Positions 53,125-63,044 of a stretch of 64,000 nt of DNA are shown here, piece after piece. This DNA comes from Gammaproteobacteria bacterium. Lineage in GTDB: Bacteria; Pseudomonadota; Gammaproteobacteria; SZUA-229. The DNA lies in contig JAOUNI010000002.1 in NCBI GenBank assembly GCA_029881035.1, positions 64,565-128,564 on the forward strand, given 5' to 3'. Within the stretch, counting starts at the first letter, position 1; each line of letters opens with the position of its first letter. The translations under genes were made by a program, and so were the position numbers. The notes beneath the pieces were generated by a model. That model searched no databases and was not told where the DNA came from. It was given only the letters and a program-made list of their open reading frames with translations.

Positions 53125-54615
53125 ATGAAACCTTCACTTCAACTCAATATTGGCCAACATCTAACGATGACGCCACAGTTGCAGCAGGCCATACGTCTGT
53201 TACAACTTTCCACTCTCGATTTGCAGGCCGAAATTCAGCAGACTCTCGAAGAGAACCCAATGCTGGAGCTGGAAGAAGACAACATTTACCCCAGTGATAA
53301 CAGTGACAGTGCTATTGGCACAGAAATACAACAGGTCTCCGCTGATAGCGAGAACACCACTGGTGACACAGATGATTCTCATCTGGATATGGAAAGAAAC
53401 CAGGATATCCCAGATGAATTAGCCGTTGATACTGACTGGGGTGATATATACGATATCGCTCCCAGCAACACCAGCAGCTCAACCGGTGACGGCGGCAATG
53501 ACTACCTTGAGAACCAGTCTTCCGGGGATGAAAACCTTCAAGACCATCTACTCTGGCAACTGCAAAATAGCCCCACCAGTGAAACCGATCTATTAATCGG
53601 TACCTCCATCATTGACGCCATTAATGAAGATGGTTATCTCACTGAATCCGTTGAAGACATCTATCAGAGTCTGGTCGATGAGCTCGACATTGAGCTTGAT
53701 GAAGTTGAAGCAATGCTGCATCGTATCCAGCGTTTTGACCCACTCGGTGTAGGCGCACGTGATCTACGTGAATGCCTGTTATTGCAGCTGGAACAATTTG
53801 CCCCCGACACCCCCGAACTGGCTGATGTCAAAATGCTGATCGAAAACTATCTTGATCTGATTGGTGCTCATGATTATGCCCGACTACAACGTAAAACTCG
53901 TCGTAGTGAAGAAGAACTACATGTACTGATCAGTTTCATCCAGACGCTCAACCCCAAACCGGGTTCTATCATCAGCAGCAGCACTACCCACTACATAGCT
54001 CCTGATATTTATGTACAGAAAATCAACGGTCGCTGGCGTGTTGAACTCAACCCGGAAACAGCCCCAAAAATCCGCGTCAACCAGATTTATGCCGATCACC
54101 TGAAAGCTGCTGGCCGTGGTGACAACAATTCACAGCTCAAAAATAGCCTGCAGGAAGCGCGCTGGTTTATCAAAAGCCTGCAAAGCCGAAATGAAACGCT
54201 CATGCGTGTTGGTAAAGCCATCGTTGAACGCCAACGTCTGTTTCTGGAATATGGCGAGGAAGGCATGAAACCAATGATATTACGTGACATCGCCGAAGAA
54301 CTGGAGATGCACGAATCAACAATATCGCGTGTGACCACACAAAAATACATGCACACTCCTCGAGGAGTGTTCGAATTTAAGTTCTTTTTCTCAAGTCGGG
54401 TTACCACATCGGATGGAGGCGAATGTTCCGCAACAGCTATCCGCTCCATGATGAAAAAACTTATTGAGAATGAGAATCCACAAAAGCCCCTGAGCGACAA
54501 CAAGATTTCTGCCTTTCTAATCAAAGAAGGTATTAATGTTGCACGTCGAACTGTGGCAAAATACCGGGAATCGATGATGATTCCTCCTTCAAATGAGAGA
54601 AAGCGTCTTGCTTAA
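53125..54615 (+). CDS. rpoN: RNA polymerase sigma-54 factor
   Basis: MKPSLQLNIGQHLTMTPQLQQAIRLLQLSTLDL; C-terminal RpoN box ARRTVAKYRE. Confidence 0.95.
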   Translation: MKPSLQLNIGQHLTMTPQLQQAIRLLQLSTLDLQAEIQQTLEENPMLELEEDNIYPSDNSDSAIGTEIQQVSADSENTTGDTDDSHLDMERNQDIPDELAVDTDWGDIYDIAPSNTSSSTGDGGNDYLENQSSGDENLQDHLLWQLQNSPTSETDLLIGTSIIDAINEDGYLTESVEDIYQSLVDELDIELDEVEAMLHRIQRFDPLGVGARDLRECLLLQLEQFAPDTPELADVKMLIENYLDLIGAHDYARLQRKTRRSEEELHVLISFIQTLNPKPGSIISSSTTHYIAPDIYVQKINGRWRVELNPETAPKIRVNQIYADHLKAAGRGDNNSQLKNSLQEARWFIKSLQSRNETLMRVGKAIVERQRLFLEYGEEGMKPMILRDIAEELEMHESTISRVTTQKYMHTPRGVFEFKFFFSSRVTTSDGGECSATAIRSMMKKLIENENPQKPLSDNKISAFLIKEGINVARRTVAKYRESMMIPPSNERKRLA

Positions 54616-54633
54616 ACCTACTGGAGCATTACT

Positions 54634-54957
54634 ATGCAAATTGAACTGACCGGCCACCACATTGAAATCACCGACTCTCTACGCAATTATGTCACTGAAA
54701 AAATGGAAAAACTCGAGCGCCACTTTGATAAAGTTAGTAACACTCATGTCATCCTGAGCGTTGAAAAAAATGTACAAAAAGCTGAAGCCACTGTTCATAT
54801 GAGTGGTCATGATATTTTCGCCGAGGCTAATGAACCCGACATGTATGCCTCCATTGATGCACTAGTTGACAAACTCGACCGACAGGTCAAAAAACACAAG
54901 GAAAAAATCACTAACCACCTGCATCATAAACACGTTGAAGCACCTATTGAAGACTAA
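54634..54957 (+). CDS. hpf: Ribosome hibernation promoting factor
   Basis: MQIELTGHHIEITDSLRNYV..., 107 aa. Confidence 0.9.
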   Translation: MQIELTGHHIEITDSLRNYVTEKMEKLERHFDKVSNTHVILSVEKNVQKAEATVHMSGHDIFAEANEPDMYASIDALVDKLDRQVKKHKEKITNHLHHKHVEAPIED

Positions 54958-55427
54958 TGAACTTAAAAGATCTTGTTAGCCCTGACTCCGTCATCTGCAA
55001 CGCTGACGTTGTCAGCAAAAAGAGAGCCCTTGAATTACTGGCTGAGTTACTGGCCACTCAAACTGATGCAGATAAATCATTTGATATATTCCAGCTTTTA
55101 ACTGAAAGAGAGAAACTGGGCTCGACCTCGCTGGGGCATGGTATTGCCCTGCCCCATGCGAGAACAGACTTATGCAAACAGGCTATTGGTGTTTTCATAC
55201 GCACAAAAAATGGTATTGATTTTGACAGCCCTGACCATCAACCGACAGATTTGCTATTTGCCCTGATGGTGCCAGAACATTACACGGATGAACACCTCAA
55301 TATTCTTGCCGGACTAGCAGGCATGTTTAACGATGAAAAATTTTGCCAGAATCTACGCACCGCTGATAGCAATGCAGAGCTTTATCACCGACTGACCAGT
55401 TGGGACGCAATATCACAGGCCTCGTAA
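54957..55427 (+). CDS. ptsN: PTS IIA-like nitrogen regulatory protein (EIIA-Ntr)
   Basis: GHGIALPHAR active-site His motif. Confidence 0.85.
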   Translation: MNLKDLVSPDSVICNADVVSKKRALELLAELLATQTDADKSFDIFQLLTEREKLGSTSLGHGIALPHARTDLCKQAIGVFIRTKNGIDFDSPDHQPTDLLFALMVPEHYTDEHLNILAGLAGMFNDEKFCQNLRTADSNAELYHRLTSWDAISQAS

Positions 55428-55434
55428 AAAAACC

Positions 55435-56382
55435 ATGACTCAACTCTTCTCTGCCGAATCGATTATTGTCAACCTTTCCAGCAAGATTGAGTTGAAATGG
55501 GTTGCCGGTCAGGAAGATCCGAATCGCCCACTTCATGAAGTCAACGTCAATGACCATGCGACTTTAATCGGTCACTTAAATCTAATTCATAAAAATATTA
55601 TTCAGGTTATTGGTAAAACTGAATGTGATTATTTGCAAAATCTTGATGAAGATTTTCGCAATAGTGTTTTGCGACAACTTTTTTCTGACCATTCTGTTGC
55701 CATCATTATGGCTGATGGCATTCCCGTTCCTGACAAACTGATTGAATTTGCCAATCAGGGGCATGTGCCATTGTTAAGCTGCGAAACACACAGTAATGAA
55801 GTGGTCGATACTGCACGATTTTATTTACACGACCTATTTTCTGACAAACAAATTGTTCATGGTGTTTACATGGAGGTGCTAGGCACAGGCGTGTTAATCA
55901 CCGGCGAAAGCAGTGTCGGAAAAAGCGAATTAGCCCTCGAACTTATTTCACGCGGTCATCGACTGATTGCCGATGACGCACCCGAGCTGACCCGTATTGG
56001 CCCTGACATTCTTGATGGCAGGAGCCCCAGCGTACTCAAAGACTTCATGGAAGTACGTGGACTTGGCGTACTCAATATCCGCGAAATGTATGGCAACAAT
56101 GCATTAAAAATTAATAAATATCTACGTCTTATTATTCATATGGTACGTTTATCTAAAGAAGAGCTGGCACAGATCGATCGCCTTGAAGGCTCTCGACAAA
56201 TGCGTGAAATTATGGGAGTTAATATCCCCGAAGTATTATTACCGGTAGCACCTGGGCGTAACCTCGCGGTACTAGTTGAAGCGGCTGTACGCAATCATAT
56301 ATTACGACATAGCGGTTATGATGCTACCAGAGAGCTAATGCGTCTTCAGCAAATAGCCATCGACTCAGGCCAGACCTTATAA
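55435..56382 (+). CDS. hprK: HPr kinase/phosphorylase
   Basis: 315 aa; Walker A GESSVGKSE; HprK signature LEVRGLGVLNI. Confidence 0.9.
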   Translation: MTQLFSAESIIVNLSSKIELKWVAGQEDPNRPLHEVNVNDHATLIGHLNLIHKNIIQVIGKTECDYLQNLDEDFRNSVLRQLFSDHSVAIIMADGIPVPDKLIEFANQGHVPLLSCETHSNEVVDTARFYLHDLFSDKQIVHGVYMEVLGTGVLITGESSVGKSELALELISRGHRLIADDAPELTRIGPDILDGRSPSVLKDFMEVRGLGVLNIREMYGNNALKINKYLRLIIHMVRLSKEELAQIDRLEGSRQMREIMGVNIPEVLLPVAPGRNLAVLVEAAVRNHILRHSGYDATRELMRLQQIAIDSGQTL

Positions 56383-56386
56383 TCTC

Positions 56387-57244
56387 ATGAAACTTGTTAT
56401 AGTCAGCGGGCTATCAGGTTCCGGCAAAACGGTGGCACTTCATACTTTAGAGGATGAAGACTACTACTGTGTTGATAATCTTCCTCTCGGACTGCTGCCC
56501 GATTTTGTCGAACGCATCTCCAACCGAACATTACAGCCATACGAAAATATAGCAGTAGGCATTGACGCTCGAAGTGAAGCTAATGATTTACGTCGATTCA
56601 ATGAAATCATCAAACCGTTACGCAAAAAAAATATCCAGCTCGAAGTTATCTATCTACAGGCAGAACTTAACACTCTCATCAAACGTTTTAGTGATACGCG
56701 TAGAAAACATCCGTTAACTACCAAAGGTCTGCCCCTGTATGAAGCCATTGAGGTTGAGCGTGTTTTATTAACTGAGATTGCATCTGAAGCCGATCTTTTT
56801 ATCGACACCACCTACACTAATGTTCATCAATTGCGTGACCAGATCAAACAACAAATTGCCAAAGATAGCGGCGCCAGACTTTCCTTACTATTTCAATCAT
56901 TCGGCTTCAAACATGGCACACCGACTGACTCAGATTTTGTCTTCGATGTACGTTGCTTACCCAATCCACACTGGGAATCAAATCTACGCCCTCTAACAGG
57001 ACTTGATCCAGAAGTCGCTGCATTTTTACAATCACACGATGAAGTTCAAGATATGCTCGAAGACATTCGAAAATTCATGCAGCACTGGATCCCCAAATTC
57101 GAACAACAAAATCGTTACTATCTCACTGTATCCATTGGCTGTACTGGTGGCCAGCACCGTTCTGTTTTCATCGCACAACAATTAAGTGATGATTTTAAAG
57201 ATATTATTGAACACGTATCCATTCGGCACCGGGAGATGCAATGA
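56387..57244 (+). CDS. rapZ: RNase adapter protein RapZ (YhbJ)
   Basis: MKLVIVSGLSGSGKTVAL P-loop; 285 aa. Confidence 0.9.
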   Translation: MKLVIVSGLSGSGKTVALHTLEDEDYYCVDNLPLGLLPDFVERISNRTLQPYENIAVGIDARSEANDLRRFNEIIKPLRKKNIQLEVIYLQAELNTLIKRFSDTRRKHPLTTKGLPLYEAIEVERVLLTEIASEADLFIDTTYTNVHQLRDQIKQQIAKDSGARLSLLFQSFGFKHGTPTDSDFVFDVRCLPNPHWESNLRPLTGLDPEVAAFLQSHDEVQDMLEDIRKFMQHWIPKFEQQNRYYLTVSIGCTGGQHRSVFIAQQLSDDFKDIIEHVSIRHREMQ

Positions 57245-57648
57245 GCGTTGCCCTGTTATTAGTCTCACATAAAGGTATTGCCAGCAATCTGCTGAATACC
57301 GCCGCCTCCATTGTTAATGACCGGCCAACTAATATTGCTTATGTAGAAGTACCCATGGACGCATCCGTCGACACCATCAAAAAAAATATACAGGAAAAAC
57401 TTGATCAATTTGATCAACGCAAAGAAGTGTTAATCCTTACCGATATTTATGGTGCCACACCCAGCAACATCGCCAGCTGTTTTATCTCAAATAAAAACAC
57501 TCAACTAATCAGCGGGCTAAATTTAGCCATGATCATCAAAGCCATCAATTACCGGAGTTTGCCATTGACTGAACTAGTAGAAAAAATTATTCAAGGCGGA
57601 CGCCAAAGCATTGAACAACATTATGATGAGAGCCACTCATGTCATTAA
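57241..57648 (+). CDS. PTS EIIA component, mannose/fructose family
   Basis: 135 aa, ALLLVSHKGIASNLL with a phosphorylatable His near the N-terminus; no permease partner. Confidence 0.75.
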   Translation: MSVALLLVSHKGIASNLLNTAASIVNDRPTNIAYVEVPMDASVDTIKKNIQEKLDQFDQRKEVLILTDIYGATPSNIASCFISNKNTQLISGLNLAMIIKAINYRSLPLTELVEKIIQGGRQSIEQHYDESHSCH

Positions 57649-57911
57649 GCCGTGATATTGAGATCATCAATAAACTGGGCATGCACGCTCGCGCTGCCGC
57701 TAAATTTGTTAAGTTGGCATCCACTTTTGAAAGCCTGATAGAAATCGAACGCAAAGGTCGCCGTGTTAACGGTAAAAGCATCATGGGCGTTATGATGCTG
57801 GCTGCCAGCAAAGGCTCACAGGTCACCCTCTATGCCGAGGGCGCAGATGCAGAAGAAAGTCTCAATCAACTTGAGCAATTAATTAATAATCGCTTTGATG
57901 AAGATGAATGA
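57639..57911 (+). CDS. ptsH: HPr/NPr phosphocarrier protein
   Basis: 90 aa, His15 motif LGMHARAAAKF. Confidence 0.85.
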   Translation: MSLSRDIEIINKLGMHARAAAKFVKLASTFESLIEIERKGRRVNGKSIMGVMMLAASKGSQVTLYAEGADAEESLNQLEQLINNRFDEDE

Positions 57912-57939
57912 ATATAAATAAATTAACTGGAGCATTTAT

Positions 57940-59694
57940 TTGAGCATTCTTATCAACGGAATTGGAGTATCAACCGGCATTGCTATTGGTGAAGCCTACG
58001 TGTACTCACGCGAACATCAGGAAGTGCATGAATATAATGTCCCCGTAAGCCAACAAAAAAAAGAAATACAGCGATTTAAGGCAGCGCTGGCTAAAGCCGG
58101 CAGCCAGTTGCACAAAATAAAAAATAAAATAGCAGTCGATACACCTGCTGATATCCTGGCATTCATTGATACACATTTATTAATGCTGGAAGACCCTACC
58201 TTTGATGAAGGTACAGTTGCCAATATTAAAAAACTTTCATGCAATGCTGAATGGGCTTTATATTTACAAAGCCAGCGTCTGGTTAAAGTCTTTGATGAAA
58301 TGGAAGACGCCTATTTACGCACCCGCAAAGATGATGTTTTGCACGTTGTCCGACGTATTCAAGATTGTCTGGCCGATGCACCTGATCATATTCCTGATGG
58401 TCAGCAGCTAAAAGGACGCATCATTATTGCCGATGATTTAACACCCGCCGACACCTTAATGTTGCAACATCAAAAAATTGCAGGCTTTGTTACCGAGTTT
58501 GGTGGCCAGCTTTCTCATACTGCTATTCTCTCTAAAAATATTGGTATCCCGGCTATTGTTGGCGCCCATTTTGCGCGCCAGCTCATCAAAACTGGCGAAA
58601 TACTGATCATTGACGGTCTGCAGGGCATGGTCATCAACTCGCCCGACAAACACTCACTCAAACATTACCGGGCACTGCAAAAAGAAGAGATTGCTCGTAA
58701 ATCCTTATTACATAATCTCAGGGATGCACCTGTCGTTTCAACCGACGGCAAAGTCATTACGCTGCACGGTAATATTGATCGCCCCGAAGATATCCGAACA
58801 CTACGAAGTTTCGACAACACTGGTGTTGGTCTTTATCGCACCGAAATGTTATTCATCGAAAAAAACACCTGGCCAGATGAAGAAACACAATTCAAAACAT
58901 ATAAACGCGCCTTGTTTCGACTAAAGGGCGAACTGTTGACCATTCGCACTATTGACCTGGGCGCCGATAAAGAAACACAGGACAGCGTTGACCAGGGACC
59001 AATGGCACACAACCCTGCCATGGGCCTACGCGCTATTCGTCGTTGCATGAAAGAGCCGGAATCATTTGTACCACAACTACGTGCAATTCTTCGTGTTGCT
59101 GCCCTGGGACCAGTACGAATGATGATCCCCATGCTCACCAATATTGAAGAGCTACAGCAAGTACTCAACCTGATTGCACGAGTAAAACGACAACTACGCA
59201 CACAAAATATTCAATTTGATAAAAATATAAAAGTGGGCGCCATGATCGAAGTACCCGCAGCCGCACTCTCCGCCGATGCTTTTGCCAAACAGCTCGACTT
59301 CTTATCTATCGGCACTAATGACCTGATCCAGTATACACTTGCACTAGATCGTATTGATGATGAAGTTAGCTATTTATATAACCCGCTCAACCCAGCTGTA
59401 TTGCAACTGATCCAGATGACAATTAATGCGGGGAAAAAAGCGCGCATCCCGGTTTCACTCTGTGGTGAAATGGCGAGCAACCCACAATATACGCGTCTGC
59501 TACTAGGCATGGGACTGGAATATTTCAGCGTACAGGCAAATACCCTGCTGGAAATCAAACATATCATTAACCACAGCAAAATCTCTCGCTTGCGACCAAA
59601 AATAAAACAGATACTCGAATACTCATCCGCACACGAAATTGAAATCCAGCTCAACCAGCTCAATCAGCGCGAAGCAGAGAAATACTCCCATTAG
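57940..59694 (+). CDS. ptsI: Phosphoenolpyruvate-protein phosphotransferase (Enzyme I)
   Basis: 584 aa; catalytic His region GGQLSHTAILSKNIGIPAIVG; PEP-utilising C-terminal TIM barrel with Cys (SLCGEMA). Confidence 0.9.
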   Translation: MSILINGIGVSTGIAIGEAYVYSREHQEVHEYNVPVSQQKKEIQRFKAALAKAGSQLHKIKNKIAVDTPADILAFIDTHLLMLEDPTFDEGTVANIKKLSCNAEWALYLQSQRLVKVFDEMEDAYLRTRKDDVLHVVRRIQDCLADAPDHIPDGQQLKGRIIIADDLTPADTLMLQHQKIAGFVTEFGGQLSHTAILSKNIGIPAIVGAHFARQLIKTGEILIIDGLQGMVINSPDKHSLKHYRALQKEEIARKSLLHNLRDAPVVSTDGKVITLHGNIDRPEDIRTLRSFDNTGVGLYRTEMLFIEKNTWPDEETQFKTYKRALFRLKGELLTIRTIDLGADKETQDSVDQGPMAHNPAMGLRAIRRCMKEPESFVPQLRAILRVAALGPVRMMIPMLTNIEELQQVLNLIARVKRQLRTQNIQFDKNIKVGAMIEVPAAALSADAFAKQLDFLSIGTNDLIQYTLALDRIDDEVSYLYNPLNPAVLQLIQMTINAGKKARIPVSLCGEMASNPQYTRLLLGMGLEYFSVQANTLLEIKHIINHSKISRLRPKIKQILEYSSAHEIEIQLNQLNQREAEKYSH

Positions 59695-59843
59695 CAGTAT
59701 GCCTGTCGATAAAGTTTAAACATGGAGAAACACTGGACACTTCAGATACAGTGTTAACAACCTGATAGTTTTTTGAATAAAAATACGAATTAGTAATAGA
59801 TAATTCGTTAATATCATAAGACTAAAACATGCTATAAAGAAAA

Positions 59844-59872
59844 AGAGGTCGCATATAGCGACCTCTCATTTA
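59844..59872 (+). terminator. Hairpin AGAGGTCGC-atata-GCGACCTCT followed by cattt; probable ptsI operon terminator
   Basis: Perfect 9-bp stem with a 5-nt loop, 150 bp after the ptsI stop. Confidence 0.5.
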
Positions 59873-59975
59873 GTGCATCTTTCTGCTTGTTAGCGGACAG
59901 AACACATATCCCAATGATATAACGTCACTGAGGATAGCCCCAAACTACATAGCCGTCAACTAGGAGGACTCATTA

Positions 59976-62900
59976 ATGCTACCCAAAATGCGCTATCGCT
60001 TAGGTCTCGATATTGGGACAACATCAATCGGCTGGTGCCTGATCAGGCTAAACAAATCGGAAGAACCCATCGCCATTATCCGCATGGGCACAAGAATTTT
60101 CTCAGATAGCCGCAATCCCAAAGACGGCAGCTCACTTGCGGTCACACGTAGAGAAGCCAGACAGGCAAGGCGGCGACGTGATCGCCTACTCAAGCGTAAA
60201 CAAAGAATGCTGAATGCGCTAATTAATCACCAGTTCTTCCCGCAGGAAGAAAATAAAAGGCAGGCACTGGTCAATCTAGACCCCTATGCCCTACGTAAAA
60301 AGGGCCTGTATCAGACACTTACTGGAGAAGAATTTGCACGCGCACTATTCCACATCAACCAGCGACGGGGTTTCCTGAGTAACCGCAAAACCGACAAAAA
60401 TGACAATGAAAGTGGTGCACTTAAATCTGCCATCAAAACACTAAGAGAAAAGCTTATCCAGGAAGACTGCAAGACACTGGGAGAATGGCTGGCAAACCGA
60501 CATGAAAAAGGGGAAAGTGTTCGTGCTCGACTACATGGCAAAACCCAAAAAGACCGGGCTTATGATTTCTATGCTGATCGCGCCATGGTTGAACATGAAT
60601 TTAATGAGCTCTGGTCTAAACAATCCAGCTTTAATCCTTCGCTGTTCAATGAAAAAGCGAAAGAGGAACTCAAAGACATACTGTTATTTCAACGACCACT
60701 CAAACCTGTCAAACCGGGGCGCTGCACCCTGTTGCCTGAAGAAGAACGCGCCCCCCTGGCTTTACCAAGCACTCAGCGATTCCGTATTTACCAGGAGGTG
60801 AACAACCTGCGCATCATCACAGGCGAACTAAAAGAGCAACCTTTGACACTGGAGCAACGTGATGCCGTTGTTGAGCTTCTCGAACAAGGTGATGCCACAT
60901 TCAAAACAAAAATCAAAAAGGCACTTAATTTATCTGGCACAGTAGAATTCAATCTTGAGGATATTAAGCGAGACAGGCTAAAAGGAAACAGAACCTCTAT
61001 CATCCTTTCCAGGAAAGAATTATTTAGCAAGCAGTGGCATACCTTTACCCATGATCAGCAGGACGAAATTGTAGACCATTTATTACACGAAGAAAGCCTG
61101 GGAAAACTGGTCGATTGGTTGTGCAAGAAAACAAACATCGATGAAAGCACAGCCGAACTTATTGCTAACACCAATCTGCCAGAAGGCTATGGCAGTCTCA
61201 GCAAAAAAGCACTGAATCACATACTACCTGAATTAGAAAAAGACGTTATTCCCTACTCTACTGCAGTTGAAAAAGCAGGCTTTGAAAGCCATAGCGCACT
61301 TTCTCATGCACACCAGACAGGGGAAATTATGGAACAACTCCCCTACTACGGTATCCCTTTGCGACGACATGTCGCCTTTGAAAAAGACGAACCAAAAAAT
61401 GATGAAGAACGCTATGGAAAAATTGCCAACCCTACGGTTCATATCGGGCTAAATGAAATACGAAAAGTCGTCAATGCGATCATCAAACGCTATGGGCACC
61501 CAAGCGAAATAATTGTTGAGGTCACCCGCGAATTAAAATTAAATCGTGAAAGAAAAAATGAAATTCAGCGGGAACAAAAACTAAACCAGGATCGCAATGA
61601 AGAAAATATCAAGGAAGCCTGTATAGCACTAGGACTAAACCCTAACAATCTGGACAAATCCAAACGACGCGAGCTCTCGCAAAAAATGCAGCTATGGAAA
61701 GAACTCAATCCGAAAGATGCTGCAAACCGTCGATGCCCATACTCAGGCGAGCAAATCAGCATTAACAAACTACTTTCCAGTGAAATTGAAATTGAGCACA
61801 TTTTGCCTTACTCAATAACGCTCGATGATAGTTTAAACAACAAAACAGTATCAACGCGTCGTGCCAATCGGGACAAGGGTAACAAAACACCTTATGACGC
61901 ATTTGGCAAACAGGCATTAGAGGGTTACGACTACAATCTCATTCTCGAGCGTGCGGCACTCATGCCTAAAGCAAAATCTAAACGATTTACCACCGATGGA
62001 TACCAGCAATGGCTCCGTAACGATAAAGATTTTCTTGCCAGGGCGCTCAATGACACCGCTTATCTTTCACGAATCGCAAAAGAGTATTTATCGTGTGTTT
62101 GCCCACCAAATATGGTGCGTGCAATCCCCGGAAGAATGACTGCACTCTTGCGCGGAAAATATGGCCTTAATGACCTTCTATCTAACGATGACCATAAAAA
62201 CAGGGACGACCACAGACATCATGCTGTTGATGCTGCTGTAGTCGCCATCACCGACCAGGGACTGTTACAAAGGTTTTCCAAAGCCAGTGCTTACGCCAGA
62301 CAACATCAACTCAATAAGCTTGTCGACGAGATGCCATACCCATGGCCGACATTTCGGGCAGATGTTCAGCGCGGTTTAAATAATATTTATGTCAGCCACA
62401 AACCTGATCATGGCTATCAGGGCGCCATGCACGAGGCATCCGCCTGGGGCATAAACAAAGAAGGGATGGCCACTCGAAGCGTGAAACCCGAGGACGGAAG
62501 CATAAAGCAGCGCGAAACCAAAAATCAAAAGCTGGTCATGATCAATAGTTCAAACAATAAGACACGCCATGATCTCAATGAAGATGGCGAAACAAAGGCC
62601 TACAAGGGCTATGTCGGCGGCAGTAACTACTGCCTTGAAATCTTGCGTGACGAAAAAGGCAAATGGAATGGCGATGTTGTCTCCACCTTCCAGGCCTACC
62701 AGATCATTCGTGAAATGGGTGAAGACAATGGGTTCAGGCAACTAAGAAACCCATTAACCAGCCAAGCCGGCAATCCCCTTGTTATGCGACTCATGATTAA
62801 CGATTACGTCAGGTTAAATGTTGGTGATACCACTAGAACTATGCGCGTAGCCAAAATAAGTGGCAATGGTCAGATCTTTCTGAGCGAACACAATGAAGCC

Positions 62901-63041
62901 AATGTCGATGCACGTAACCGAGACAAGAACGAACCATTTTCCTACATCTCCAAGATGGCTGGCTCACTACAAAAAGCCAAGGGGCGCCGTGTAACTGTGT
63001 CAGAGATAGGCGAACTCCGAGACCCCGGCTATAAGAGTTGA
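59976..63041 (+). CDS. cas9: CRISPR-associated endonuclease Cas9, compact type II-C
   Basis: 1021 aa. RuvC-I LGLDIGTTSIGW; Arg-rich bridge helix RREARQARRRRDRLLKRKQR; HNH EIEHILPYS...D..N; RuvC-III HHAVDAAVVAIT; AGGAGG RBS 8 nt upstream. Confidence 0.95.
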   Translation: MLPKMRYRLGLDIGTTSIGWCLIRLNKSEEPIAIIRMGTRIFSDSRNPKDGSSLAVTRREARQARRRRDRLLKRKQRMLNALINHQFFPQEENKRQALVNLDPYALRKKGLYQTLTGEEFARALFHINQRRGFLSNRKTDKNDNESGALKSAIKTLREKLIQEDCKTLGEWLANRHEKGESVRARLHGKTQKDRAYDFYADRAMVEHEFNELWSKQSSFNPSLFNEKAKEELKDILLFQRPLKPVKPGRCTLLPEEERAPLALPSTQRFRIYQEVNNLRIITGELKEQPLTLEQRDAVVELLEQGDATFKTKIKKALNLSGTVEFNLEDIKRDRLKGNRTSIILSRKELFSKQWHTFTHDQQDEIVDHLLHEESLGKLVDWLCKKTNIDESTAELIANTNLPEGYGSLSKKALNHILPELEKDVIPYSTAVEKAGFESHSALSHAHQTGEIMEQLPYYGIPLRRHVAFEKDEPKNDEERYGKIANPTVHIGLNEIRKVVNAIIKRYGHPSEIIVEVTRELKLNRERKNEIQREQKLNQDRNEENIKEACIALGLNPNNLDKSKRRELSQKMQLWKELNPKDAANRRCPYSGEQISINKLLSSEIEIEHILPYSITLDDSLNNKTVSTRRANRDKGNKTPYDAFGKQALEGYDYNLILERAALMPKAKSKRFTTDGYQQWLRNDKDFLARALNDTAYLSRIAKEYLSCVCPPNMVRAIPGRMTALLRGKYGLNDLLSNDDHKNRDDHRHHAVDAAVVAITDQGLLQRFSKASAYARQHQLNKLVDEMPYPWPTFRADVQRGLNNIYVSHKPDHGYQGAMHEASAWGINKEGMATRSVKPEDGSIKQRETKNQKLVMINSSNNKTRHDLNEDGETKAYKGYVGGSNYCLEILRDEKGKWNGDVVSTFQAYQIIREMGEDNGFRQLRNPLTSQAGNPLVMRLMINDYVRLNVGDTTRTMRVAKISGNGQIFLSEHNEANVDARNRDKNEPFSYISKMAGSLQKAKGRRVTVSEIGELRDPGYKS

Positions 63042-63044
63042 TCC

